Origin: Callorhinchus milii
Lineage: Eukaryota
Direction of reading: 5' to 3'
DNA length: 64,000 bases
NCBI RefSeq assembly: GCF_018977255.1
Contig: NW_024704742.1
Location: 10,666,001-10,730,000, forward strand
The translations under genes and the position numbers were made by a program. How positions within the stretch are numbered: the stretch's first letter is position 1; every line of letters begins with the position of its first letter. The notes beneath the pieces are model-generated. The model saw only the letters and a program-made list of their open reading frames with translations. It was not told the origin of the DNA and did not search any database. Shown here in pieces: positions 23,570 to 36,129 of the stretch.

Positions 23570-24710
23570 ACAACAACAACAACAACAACAAGATTCCATT
23601 TATAAAGCGCCTTTCACGTCAGGAGGACGTCCCAAGGCGCTGCACAGTTGGGTCATGACCCGAGCAGGGGGGAAATGGTCAGGGTGAGGGGAGGGAAAGG
23701 GGGGAGCGAGGAGGGGGGAAATGGTCAGGGTGAGGGGAGGGAAGGGAGGGAGCGAGGAGGGGGAAATGGTCAGGGTGAGGGGAGGGAAGGGAGGGAGCGA
23801 GGAGGGGGGAAATGGTCAGGGTGAGGGGAGGGAAGGGAGGGAGCGAGGAGGGGGAAGAGAGTCGAGAGGGGAGCTGAAGGCTCGGTCAAAGAGAAAGGTT
23901 TTGAGACCGGCCTTGAAGGAGGAAAGGGAGGAGGCGGCGAAGGCACTGGGGGATGGAGTTCCAGAGCCTCGGGGCTGAGAGGCTGAAGGCCCGACCACCG
24001 ATGGTAGGGCGGTTGGGGCGGGGGACGTGGAGCAGACCGGAGCCAGAGGAGCGGAGAGTACGGGCAGGTAGGTAGGGGGATAGTAGGTTGGAGAGGTAGG
24101 AGGGAGCAAGGCCTTGAATGGCCTTGTAGGTGAGGATGAGGATCTTGAAATCAATCCTCTGGGGGATGGGGAGCCAGTGGAGGCGAGCGAGGGTGGGAGT
24201 GATGTGGTCCCGAAGTCTGGTGCGGGACAGTACACGAGCTGCAGAGTTCTGAATGACCTGCAGCTTGTGGAGGGAGGTGGCGGGAAGGCCGGCGAGGAGA
24301 GAGTTCCCATAGTCCAGCCTTGAGGTGACAAAGGCGTGAACCAGGGTTTCAGCAGCGTGAGGGGTGAGGTAGTGCCGTAGTCTGGCGATGTTCCGGAGGT
24401 GATGGAAGGCGGTGCCAGTTGTGGTGCGGATGTGAGGGAGAAAGGACAGCTCAGGGTCGAACAAAACGCCGAGGTTCCTGACTGGCTTTGAGAGGTGGAG
24501 AGTGCAGCCTTGGATGCTGATGGTGTCAGCGCCTGAGGTGCGGAGGCGCTGACGTGAGCCAATCAGGAGGGCCTCGGTTTTTCGCACGTTGAGTTGAAGA
24601 AAGTTGTCTCTCGTCCAGGACTCGATGTCGGACAGACAGCTGTCAGGACATCGGTGGTCGTGGAGTTGAGAGTAGATCAGGACATCGGTGGTCGTGGAGT
24701 TGAGAGTAGA
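23570..24710 (-). mobile_element. Young 5'-truncated L2 LINE
   Basis: CpG-rich, 233-aa open frame KTEALLIGS...VRNLGVLFD...[10 protein letters not shown]...LHWLPI..RIDFKI; (CAA)n tail on +; four tandem 3' UTR units. Confidence 0.97.
23667..23853. repeat. Tandem repeat, 4 copies of ~45-46 bp
   Basis: aaatggtcagggtgagggg starts at 23673, 23719, 23764 and 23810. Confidence 0.95.
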
Positions 24711-24844
24711 CTATAAAAAGTTATAGTCATTCACAATCTCGTACCAACTCTCCTAAAAAATTCAGAACCCTTTCAGTTAAACCTCCTGGAACATGGTGAT
24801 TTAAATTGGGTAAAATTAGTGATGTTTCATAACACTTTTGATGT

Positions 24845-25320
24845 GATCCTTGCATTTGATATAGCGAGACATACTCTAAAGTGGTGTGACTGTGTATTTT
24901 ATGGTTAAGGTGGCAGTTAATATGCACACAGTGTCTGACAAACAGCCGTGGAGCGAGTGATCAATTTTATTTGGGGCCTGTTGTCCAGGACACCAGAAAC
25001 ATTCTCTTTCTTTTTGAATAATGCCATTGTACATTGTTTTAATATCTCATCCAAAGAACAGCACCTCCAGCAATGCAGTACACCTTCAGCGAGGCATTGA
25101 GGTGAAAAGGGAAGAGGGCTCAGTGATGAGTTTCTGGAGTGGTGAGTTAGGCATATGTATTGATACATAAATAAATGTGACTGGGATATTGACATCTTGA
25201 TGATTTAAGTGGAAGTGACAAATTAAGCCAGGGTTGAATTATCAGTAGTTTATTGTATATAGGTTCGAAGTCCCGACGTGGGGCTTGAACCCACAATCTT
25301 CTGACTCAGAGGCGAGAGGT
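24845..25320 (-). mobile_element. Deu-domain SINE B with an internal ~120 bp insert
   Basis: Reverse head gggcttgaacccacaatcttctgactcagaggcgaga; reverse Deu body; insert at ~25140-25256. Confidence 0.75.
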
Positions 25321-25524
25321 AAAAGTTATAACTGCTCTTGCCAACAAGAGTGTTTCATGAAGTTTTGAATGCCATTTGTGAACTTGCAGTTGAAAACTAG
25401 AAGGATGGAACTGCTACCAATAAATGGTCTTGAGTGAACCTTAGCTGCCTTTCTTCCAGTGCATTGGAGGCTGTGTTCTGTTCATGCTTCCTGCTCCAGC
25501 TCTGTTCCTGTTGCTCTCCACGCT

Positions 25525-26460
25525 CACTCCATCCCACAGTCCTTCCACCTTGTCCCCTCCCTTGCCTCTTCAAGGTCCTTCTCAAGAGCCTCCTGTCTCC
25601 GACCATGCCTTCGGACACCCTCCTACCTTCCCTGTCCTCCACCCATAACTGATCCCAACCCCCAGCTCGAGTCCAAATCCCTGACTGTCCAGCACCTTGG
25701 AACATCCTTCCGACGTGAAAGGCGCTGTGTAAATGCAATTTTTTGTTGTTATTGTTGTTGCCTCAGCAATAGGAAGAGAGCAAGAACAAGAGCTATTGAG
25801 GCAGTGTGGAGAGTGATAGTAGGCCTGAGTGCTAATTATACACCCCCCGTCCCCCCGAGACACCCTCTCCTTTCTCTGAACAAGCTTTGCAATGCATTTT
25901 TTCTTAATCCCCCTTTTTATTTTCCTATTGATCCATTTTGGTGTGTGTTTGTTTACTTTGCCCTTTCTGCATTTAGATTCTTGACCTGCACGGACTGTAT
26001 AGTGTGATACAACAACTTACTTTCTTCCCTGGTACTCCCAGTTGTTGCAGTCGAGGCTTGGACACCTGAATCGGTGTCTAACCTATATTTTACTCAGAGT
26101 TTTCAAATCCCTTCTTCCCCTATCACCTCCCTACCTCTCCTATCTGTTTCCCCAACCCACAATCCGTTGCCTCCGCTCGACTAGATCCAGCCTTCTGCAT
26201 GTCCCTTGTGCCCTCTATGCCACCATCGGTGGCTGCGCTTTCAGCCACTATAACCCGAAACACTGGAACACTCTTCCTCTATCTCTCTATATCCCCTTCC
26301 TTTCCCATCTTCAGGTCATGCCTGAAGAACTTCCTCTTTGACCGTGCCCACAGTCACCACCCCTTCCCCAGCTTAGTGACGTGCTCCACCACTGTCAAGC
26401 GCTCTGGGACGCTACCCTGCCTGAAGGGCGCTGTATACTTGCAAGTTGATGTGATTGTTT
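25525..26460 (+). mobile_element. Two L2 3' fragments (25525-25760; 26090-26460)
   Basis: L2 C-terminal remnant TIGGCAFSHY..KHWNTLP and L2 tails. Confidence 0.8.
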
Positions 26461-28519
26461 ACTCAGCGCCAGAGCCCATCAGGTCGATAAATAACCACAA
26501 AAAGACTATGGCGGCCTCCTCTTTTGGCAGCTTTTTTTTCTCACCTTTCTGTGCAGCTGCTACTTCACACAATACAATGAGAGCTGTCAATTTCTGGAAC
26601 GGGTTGTCTCTGCTTATGCACTTCCACAACAGTTTGGTTCTATTCAGGTTTTATGAAGCCCATTTTTAGAACTGCTGAAGATTGAGGTTAGTACAGCGCT
26701 TAGGTGGATAATTAGAAACAAACTTGCAGTGAACAATTTTAACCGGTGCAATGGTATTGAAGAACTCTGAACTCGGCAGTCGTCTAAGCTGTGCCCAAAC
26801 AGATGGGAATGTTACATTGTTCTGTTGAAATTTATAAGAACATAACGATTGCTAGACGAAAGGAGACCAAAGTCCATCCAATTCGCCTTTCACCATCCTG
26901 ATAGTCGCATGCACATGTCATGATCCAAACTATATACTGTATTCCCAAATATTGTCTCCTAAAATAAATCTTTCTCATTTTCTTTTAATTTGGGTTCTAA
27001 TTTGTACCGTTTTGTATTCTATTACTACTAATACTCTAATTTGGGCTCTTCAAATTATGTGTGTATATATATTAGTACATTCACAGTAAACTCCTGATAG
27101 CTCATCGCTCTAAGGGAAAAGGACTCAGTGGTGTGCTAGGCATATGTATCAATACATAAATAAATATGGCTGGGATATTGATTGTATGATGACTTAAATG
27201 GTGGTGACAAATTAAACCAGGGTCGAGTTATCAGGAGTTTACTGTCCATGTTTATTGTTTTCACATATGGGCTTCTAGTTAAAGGTGAGAATCTTCCACT
27301 TCCCACAGACATCCCCCAAAACAACAACAATAGCAACAAAGTTACATTTATAGAGCTCATTTCACGTCGGGAGGATGTCCTAAAGCGCTGAACAGTCAGA
27401 TGTCGGGGCCCGAGCATGGGATGATGTAGAGGTGAGGGAAGGCAGAGGAGTGGAAGTGAGACAAGCACTGTATGTATGCTAACTTGCCTGTGTCTTCACA
27501 GCTTTCAAAATGAATGGTTCTTCATTAGAAGTGGCTGTGACTTTTTGTAATTAATCGTTAGTTGGGCTTGTTGAAAACAAATCTATAAAATCCATAAGAG
27601 GTTAGTTTTGCATTTGTTATTTTCCTAATAGATTAACCACAATTATTTCACCACAAACCTAAATGGCAGGATTTATAACCATAGATGTGGCGGATCGCAG
27701 ATGTGGTGTCGAAAACCCTCTAGACCTCCGCACAGATGTCCACTTCACACGTGTGCAAATTTAAATTGGGTTCTGAGTGGAATTCGTGGACTTGCCTGCT
27801 ATATATCTGGAATTTGCCAATGCATATTTCACAAATTAGCTTCCATTCTGGAACCATAAAGGAATTGAGAGTATTGAAAAGCAAAATAATAAATAATAAG
27901 AATCCTTGCATTTTGATATAGCACGTCTTCGAGACATCTCAATTACAGAATATACTGTAAAGTGAATTGACTGTATTTTGTGGGCGAAAAGTTTTAACAC
28001 GCAGTGATGATTGCTATCTTCCTATTACAGTAGTAAACTGCAAGGATTATTTATTATTAATCCCTAATATGTCCATCTATAACAAGAATTACAGCAGCTT
28101 GCATTTATGTAGCACCCCTCACACAGGGTCGCATCCCAGAGAGCATGGGATAAATACATAAACTAACATTTATGTATTAATGAAAGTATAATGTGTCCAC
28201 CTTTGTAGGAAGGGATCAGGAGCTGTACATCAGATATAAGTTTCAGTCTTCAATATTTGTTTGGGTGAGTCGGTGGAAAGGTGTTTATTGGCTTTGTGTA
28301 GCCTAGTTGTTGGGTGGATTATTTTTCTCTTGATCAGGAAGGTCTCCCATCTGTTGAGTTCGGTTGTAAAATAGACGCATGAATCATAATGCAGACTGGT
28401 TTGTGATCTTGTAAAGCATGAGTACAGAGGGAACGAAGGCTCACTTAACTCTGTAACTAATCAATGAAACAATGAAGAGGACTCCAGATTATTCCTGCTG
28501 CAGGAATGGAAGTGAGTCT

Positions 28520-29730
28520 CAGGCATGACTAATACTTCAATAGTTTTCATGTTCTTGGCTCTTGCCAACCTGCGCTTAATACTTTCTGGAATTAAGTAAG
28601 CAGGATGCGTCCCTCCAGGGAGAGAGTGCGCATTTCATTCCAACAATCTATCTCTGGGATTTCCATGTATAGGTGGGATGCATTGCAATTCCCAGCTGGT
28701 TTGGATACTCTTAATAACGGTGATAGGTTTACGCATGTGTGAGACACCCAACTGGTGCAAAATAAATTCAGCAACTTTTGCCAGGTCTGAGCAGGATGTT
28801 TTTGGAGTCCTGGAATGGGGTGTAGTCTCTCAGGGGATGTTGACATCAATGACAGCAATCAGAGCTCACAAAACCATGTGGCTTTAACCATTATTTATGG
28901 AGGCGTCCATAGCTCAGTTTCCCATAAACTGCATAATCTAGTAATTGGGACATACATGAAAACTCATCACCATACTTAAGAGTATCCAAACCAATCTAAG
29001 TTCCACGAATGTAAACCACCTGCACATGACAAGACGGGAGCCATACTCAATGACTCTTGTCAACGTTTCTATCCAGTGGCTCTGACCTCCTCAACCTCCC
29101 CGGTCTATCCCTTCCCCATCTTCAGGTCGCACCTTCTTATTCGACCGTGCCTACAGTCACACACCTCCCCCCCTCCCTGCCCCCCTCACCACAGCTCTGT
29201 GGGGTGCTCTGCCACTGTCAAGTGCTCTTGGGCACTGCCCTTTGTGAGGGACACTATATAAATGCAATTTGTTGTTTTTGAAAATTTCCCTATGTTTGGA
29301 ACAGAATGCACATTCTCTCCACAGAGGAATATGCCCTGCTAACCTAATTCTAGAGAGTATTAAGTGCAGGTGGGCTTTGAGGCCCAAGCGTGTGAGTTGG
29401 GATACTGCTGGGGATTAACCAAAAAACTCCTTAATCTGTCCGAACTCTGTCTGGCAAGCTTTCCTGTTGCTGCTGCAGCTCGGACTATCCTACTACCCCT
29501 TAGGGCTTTGGCTTGTAGGGTTAACGGGATCTGAGTGGGATGACTCCCTGCCTCCAGTGACTGTACTGCCCTTCCAGATCCTGCTGATGTGCCAGGCTGG
29601 GCTGTGCTCTCATCAGCAGTGCCCTGGAATACTATGGACCCATTTGGCTCAGGAACTGGACTTGTAACTGCCACAGAGCATTGGCTTAATTCTGACAATC
29701 CAGCTTTACTCAGTACCATTTGTTTAATCC
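28520..29730. repeat. Two oppositely oriented copies of family U; the second is split by an L2 3' fragment (~29060-29278)
   Basis: ggtttggatactcttaa at ~28698 and its reverse complement ttaagagtatccaaacc at ~28976; family body resumes at ~29290. Confidence 0.8.
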
Positions 29731-31264
29731 AGGACCTCATGTAAGAGGCTTTAACAAATAGACGTGCCCAATGTAAAGTCGCCTCTGCCTCCAGGGTGTT
29801 CAGTGACAGGTCAGTGTCAAGGCCAGAGCATTCCCACCCTACAGTCGCTTCCCGTGTTGCCACAAATCCACCTCATTGCTTAATCCTGGACTAGAGGAAG
29901 CTTTCCACTGCATCATCAGGGCTCGGATCCATGAAGGAGGATGGTTTGCACAAAGGTCGTCTATGCCACAAGCTTGTTGTCCTTGAAGAAGGATGAGCAT
30001 GACCAGAATGCCCTTGGCCGCTTCTCTGCGCAGGTCTTCAGGCCAGTGTCCAGGCAAAAGTTGGTGTCCACCACCACCCCCTCCATACAAACCAACTTTT
30101 CCATTGCCTGGAATCAGCAGTAGGACTGATGCCCTTTTATCTTCCAATAAATACTCTCAATGTCTTCTGTGCAGGACCATGATTCCACACTTGGGGGCAT
30201 CCACTATTTTGTCCCAACGGACAGATTTACTTTGTATCTTTGTATGTTTACCTTTCCACATGATAGAACGGTGCAATCTGTGATTATAAGCAATAAACCT
30301 GTTTATCTTGTAAAATTGTTCTTGCCAAATGCCTGATAGATAAACACTCCATTTACTGTGGATTTCAGTCAAACACATGATGGCTGCTACACTAAGCTGC
30401 GATCTCATCTCGGCTGCCTGTTAACGTTAACAAATATGCAATTTCCTCCTCCATCCTTTTGTTAGAGGCTGATTTCCCAGACAAAAATAAGAACATTTAT
30501 ACATCAATATTTTGAAAGAAGTCAGAGAGGGTTTCCTTTTAGGTGAAATAAATGTGCTCCCGCATTCAATTTGATAATACAAAGCAGCATAGAGTAAATT
30601 GTTCAGTGGCATAATAATAAATGACATCTCGTCTTTGGCACTGTTAATCCAGGCAGGGCTGGAAAGTGGTGAAAAGTAGACATCTGAAGCATTCATTCCA
30701 CTCAAATGAAGAGAAAGCTTTCATCTAAAGCATAGCTGTGGAGGAGATGACTGAATGAATTCAAACATTAGAAGTTAACTGGAGCTGAAGTCCTTGCAAT
30801 GTCATTATTATCTACATGGTTGAACTGATAAAGGCATTCGCTGCTAATCACTGAATCTGTTCATCTAACTGTTTGCTTTTGAGGTTATATATAGAAATTT
30901 GATGATACCAAATAAATTCTAAGTACTGATAGTAAAGTTATAATCTTTGCTCTGTGTGAAATATCTAAAACAAAATAATGAGACCTATTTTACTGTTTTT
31001 TTTTCAAAAAGAAAAGTTGTTTTCCATTTGCAATGACACTTGGAGACTATAATTTGGAATCTATTTTCTCCTGAACGCCAAGGCAATCAGATGTCAAGGG
31101 AACCAGCAATAGCTTATACCACCTGGTTTGGCAGCTGCACTGCACAAAACATTCTCCTTTGTGTCAACTCATAGACCTTCATTTATTGTACCTCCACAGC
31201 GCCAGAAATGCCCTGGCATTATCTGAATGGAGGGTTTGACATTGCTGACAGTGGGGAGAAGGGT

Positions 31265-31665
31265 TATGGAATCACAGAATGTTACAACACAGAAACAGGC
31301 CATTAAGCACTGGTGCTTTTCTCCACAGCAGCCACCTAGACTAATCCTCTCTCCTGCTAACTTTTTAAACCATTTAAGATTCCTTCTTTTCAAATAATTA
31401 TCTAATTCCTTTCGAGAGAAATTCTCCTTTTCAGCCCCATTTCAGTCTCAACAGATGGTGGTACAGAATTCAGATTTACACATTTCAACCACTCTCTGTG
31501 CAAAGATTTTTTTCCGAACAATTAAGAACAATCTAAATGTTTGCTCACTCGCCACTGACTCACCAAACAGTGGATACAATCTGTAACTATTTACCTTATC
31601 GTAATTCTTCATAATCTTAAAGACTTCTATTAGGTCATATTTAGGACTTAATTTGCCTGCTTTTG
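31265..31665 (-). mobile_element. CR1 3' fragment
   Basis: Antisense DLIEVFKIMKNYDKVN...FAQRVVE; terminal acagaaacaggccatt. Confidence 0.8.
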
Positions 31666-31754
31666 TACTAAAACTATTGAGATGCCTGTGGTTTGAGATG
31701 ACGTTTTCAAAACCCATTACATTTACATTATGTCCTTGGCTACTCAGTACCTCA

Positions 31755-32715
31755 GGCAAGTTTCCTTACTCCATACGCCTCTGTTTACCGAGCAGTAAGT
31801 AAGAACCCAGCTGTTAGTCAATTGGTGGATCGCTTTCCAGGGGTATTGCTTCCTTTTTAAAAAAATAATAATTTAGTCACTCGAACCACAATGTCACATA
31901 ATCCGTTTGTGGGACACTGCTATGCACAATTGGCTGCCGCATTTCGCCCACAATATACACAGTCAATCCACTTTACAATATTGTATATTTTGTGAAGCGC
32001 CTTCATAGAATCCTAGAATCTTACAGTACAGAGGAGGCTATTTGGCCCATAGTGCCTATGTCGGCTCTTTGACAGAGCTATCCAACTAGTTCCACTCCCC
32101 CTCTGTTAACCCATAGCCCTGGAAATGTTTACGTTTTCAAGTACATATTCAATTCCCTTGAAATCTGCTTCCACCACCCTTTCAGGCAGTGCTTTCCAGA
32201 TTGTAACAACTCTCTGAGTAAAAAAAAATCTTCTCATCTCTCTTCTGGTTCTTTTTGCCTTCTTATATCTGTGTCCTCTGGTTACCATTAATGGAAACAG
32301 TTTCTCTTTATTCACTCTGTCAAAACCCCTCATAATTTTAAACACCTCTACTAAATCCTCCTTTAATCCTCTCTGTTCTAAATGGAAAATTCCAGCCTCT
32401 CTAGTCTCTTCACATTACTGAAATCCCTCAGTGCTGGTATCATTCTGGTAAATCTTTGCACCTTCTCAAGGCCCTGACATTCTTCCTAAAGTATGGTGCC
32501 CAGAATTGGACACAATACTCCAGCTGAGGTCTAACCAGTGATTTGTAAATGTTTCCTTGCTTTTTTACTCTATGCCTCTATTTATAAAGCTAAGAATTCC
32601 ATATGTTTTTTAACAGATTTATCAACTTGTCCTGCCAACGACATGATAAGACACTATATCAAATGCACGGATTATAATATTATTATTATTATTATTATTA
32701 TATATTATTATTACC
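31755..32715 (+). mobile_element. SINE A split by a CR1 insertion
   Basis: SINE body to gtgaagcgcc at ~32000 resumes at gacatgataag ~32640 with an (ATT)n tail. Confidence 0.8.
32004..32638 (-). mobile_element. CR1 3' fragment
   Basis: Antisense FKIMRGFDRVNKEKLFP...TRGH...FFTQRVV.IW.ALP. Confidence 0.9.
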
Positions 32716-32864
32716 TGTGAATCTGTTGAATCAGGAAAGCCATTGAGATAACATCCTCAACTAGTTTTATACCTAGGATAGTCGGTGAGTCTCAGAGAGG
32801 CATAATTGCAATATTTCATAAATTAATGTGCTAATGTGTAGAACCATGCACGAACCCAAAACAT

Positions 32865-33428
32865 TACAGACCCACCTGGAGTACTGCATTCAGTTTTGGG
32901 CACCACACCACGGGAAAGATATATTGGCCCTGTAGTGCGTGCAGCGCAGGATCACCAGAATGTTACCAGGCCTAAAAGGTTTAAGGTACAAGTAAAGACT
33001 GCATAAACTTGGATTGTATTCCCTTGAGTTTAGAAGGTTGAGGGGTGATTTGATTGAAGTATTTAAGATGATAAAGGGATTTGATAGAGTAGATACAGAA
33101 CAGCTATTTTCTCTGGTGGGGAATTCAAAACAAGAAAACATAGTCTTAAAATTAGAACCAAACCATTTAAGAGTGAAATCAGGAAGCATTTTTTCACTCA
33201 AAGTGTAGTAGAAATCTGAAATTCTCTCCCCTTAAAGGACATGGATGCTGGATCCAACCACACATTGAAGAGTGAGGTTGATAGATTTTTGGTAGGTCAG
33301 GGTATTAAGGGATATGGGGAGAAAGTGGGCAATTGGAATTGAAAGGATTAGTTGAGGTACATGATCTAATTAAATGGCGGAACAGGCTTGAAGGACTGAA
33401 TGGCCTACTCCTGTTGCCATGCTCCCAT
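32865..33428 (+). mobile_element. CR1 3' fragment
   Basis: RPHLEYCIQFWAPH...YSLEFRRLRGDLIEVFKMIKGFDRVD; terminal gaatggcctactcctg. Confidence 0.92.
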
Positions 33429-33597
33429 GATATCTAAATCACATAGCACAATCCATTTATTTACCAACATTTATTCCTAATCAGTATTAACTTCTTACCA
33501 TCACATTACTGTAGCAGATTTTATTCACATGTATATGTGAATGTCTCCAATTCTCTTCACCACGGCTCTATGACTACTCGCCCTGAAGCATTATCCT

Positions 33598-34475
33598 ACA
33601 ACAACAACAACAAGATTATATTTGTATAGCGCCTTTCACGTCAGGAGGATGTCCCAAGGCGCTGGACACTGTACAGCATTTCAGACCCGAGCTGGAGTCA
33701 GGGAGGGAGAAGGGAGGGGAGGGGAAGGGGGGTGATCGATGACATTGTCGAAGAGGAGGGTCTTGAGGTAGGACTTGAAGGAGGCTAAGGAGGGGGCGAT
33801 GCAGAATGATTGGGGGATGGAATTCCAGAGGTTGGGGGCAGAGTGGCTGAAGGCTCTCCCGCCAATGGTGGGGTGGGTGGGTTGGGAGACGTGGAGCAGG
33901 CCAGAGCCGGCTGAGCGGAGGGAGTGGGCAGGTTGGTAGGGGGTTAGGAGGTTGCAGAGGTAGGGTGGGCCGAGGCTATGGAGGGCTTTGTAGGTGACAA
34001 CCAGGATCTTGAACTGGATCCTCTGAAGGATAGGGAGCCAATGGAGTCGGGCGAGAATGGGGGAGATGGGGACACAGAGTTTGGTGCGGGAGAGGACACG
34101 GGCTGCAGAGTTCTGGATTATCTGCAGCCTGTGGAGGGAGGAGTTGGGAAGGCTGACAAGCAGGGAGTTTGCATAGTCGAGCCTGGAGGTGATGAAGGCA
34201 TGAACAAGAGTTTCAGCGGCCTGAGGGGTGAGGTAGTGGTGGAGTTGGGCGATGTTACAGAGGTGAGGGAAGGCAGAGCGGGTCATGGCCTGGATGTGGG
34301 GAAGAAAAGACAGTTGAGGGTTGAACAATACACCTAGGTTCCTGACTGGCTTGGTGAGTTGCAGTGAGCAACCATGGAGGTTGATGTTGCCAGAGCCTGA
34401 GGTGCAGAGGCGCTGGCGCGAGCCAATCAGGAGGGCCTCAGTCTTGTTCACATTCAAGTGTAGGAAATTTGCCCT
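33598..34475 (-). mobile_element. L2 LINE 3' part with an unbroken 258-aa C-terminal frame
   Basis: NVNKTEALLIGS...SRLDYANSLL...LWNSIPQS...SFKSYLKTLLF; (CAA)n tail. Confidence 0.95.
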
Positions 34476-35572
34476 TGAATGGCGATCTTACTTCGAGTGG
34501 TGCAAATGGGATGGAGATTCCTCTGTGAATTTGATGTTGCTCTGTTCTGAGGCAATAGGAAAGAACTGGTCTGCAAAACAAACATGCTTCTGAGTTCTTC
34601 TGAGGTGAATTGTTTACCTTCTGCAATGTATCCAACTTAGTGGTCTGGCTCCAAGCATAGGTTCATCTATCTGGTGGATTCAAATGTCAATCAGTGCCTG
34701 ATCGTGAAGCCTTGACCTTCAGTGGTTAGTTGTACTTCCACAAACTTTGCCACTAGCATCTGAAACATAATGGACACAAGTAACAGCAATTCAGGGGTAG
34801 ATCTAGCAAGATATTATGAGGAGCCAGTTCAGACACAATGGATGCCCAATGGGACAAATCCTGATACTGTCTCTACCTCAGATATTGTCCTCTGTAACAA
34901 TACAGTTACAGATTGCTGCCTCCTTCATACTTTAATCAAAGGTTTGAATGAACGTCATTTGTTTAAGATTGAATTAAGTGACCTAGTTTGTGCTCCAGGT
35001 GCAGAATGCTACAATCAAGAAAAACACTCAGCTGATGATGATCTCAGTCCATAAATAATTGTAAAGGCGGAAATCTTGGAGGTTACCAGACGAAATACTC
35101 TTTTATAGGGCATAGCATTTTAGCTGTTATATTTCATTGTTTCATTTAACTTAATTTATTTATTTATTTAAATTACTCGTCCATTCCCTAAGTAATATAA
35201 TTGATGCAGTATAATTCACCTGATTACTGTAAGGCTGAAATGTAAGCAGGCACCTAGACAGGATATATTTGTAATGTAAACCGAGGCTACTTTGCAAATA
35301 ATTGATACTGATTAAAATAACCTACCTTCAAGCACTCCTGAATCAAGAAGAGTTTTCAGTAATGCTAAAGTCTTTGCTCAATAAGTAGGAACACGTGAAT
35401 ATAAGGAGGTCATTCAGTATGTTAAGATTATTTGGATATTTCATCAGTTCCTGGCAGATTGTTTAATCCCATTTCCCCAACATTTCTCCAACTTCAAAAT
35501 ACCTATCTACCTCTCTTTTAAAGAGTTAATCTATTCTCCTTTTGCAGCCTTCTGAGGTAGTGGTTTCCACAT

Positions 35573-35872
35573 GATAATAATATAATAATAATCCTTGCAT
35601 TGATATTGTATCCTAATCACATCTTCGAAACATCTCAAAGCGCTTCACATAATATACTGTAAAATGAATTGACTATATTTTGTGGGCAAAACATGGCAAC
35701 CAATTACGCACAGCAGTGTCCCACAAACCGTCTTGGATCAAGTGATCAATTTTTTTTAAGGAATTATTACCCCCGGAAAGGCAATCTGCCAATCGACTAA
35801 CAACTGGGTTCGTACTTACTGCTAGGTAAACAGAGGCATGTGGAATAAGGAAACTTGCCCAACATTTTGCTC
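35573..35872 (-). mobile_element. SINE A long form, head truncated
   Basis: Reverse family body and tail. Confidence 0.88.
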
Positions 35873-36075
35873 TGATCAGACAGGCCCTGGGTTCAAAAGC
35901 ATCTGTGCTTATTTAGCTGATTTGAGTCACTGCAGTAATGGGGATACCACAATGGGTCTCAGTGTCCTCAGCTTGGGAGGGTAAAATTCAGCAAGAATAG
36001 AGAACTCTGTTGGAAAGTACGCATGAGTGTGTCTGTAAGTGGACGGTTGTGATTGACCTCAGTTGTGATGTTCTA
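35873..36075 (+). mobile_element. Degraded LF-SINE-like fragment
   Basis: ccctgggttc...tctgtgcttatttagctgat...acaatgggtctcagtgtcc...gggagggtaaaattcagc...ttggaaagt. Confidence 0.6.
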
Positions 36076-36129
36076 TACACGATCAGACAATGGAATAAAC
36101 TTCATACTGTAATAATAATAATAAATTAG

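Noticed and set aside
23667..23853. CRISPR-like array
   Set aside because: Head-to-tail tandem units without unique spacers, inside an L2 3' UTR in a eukaryotic context
34770..35054. 94-aa ATG-initiated ORF in unique sequence
   Set aside because: No recognisable domain or splice support; this length is expected by chance in 64 kb
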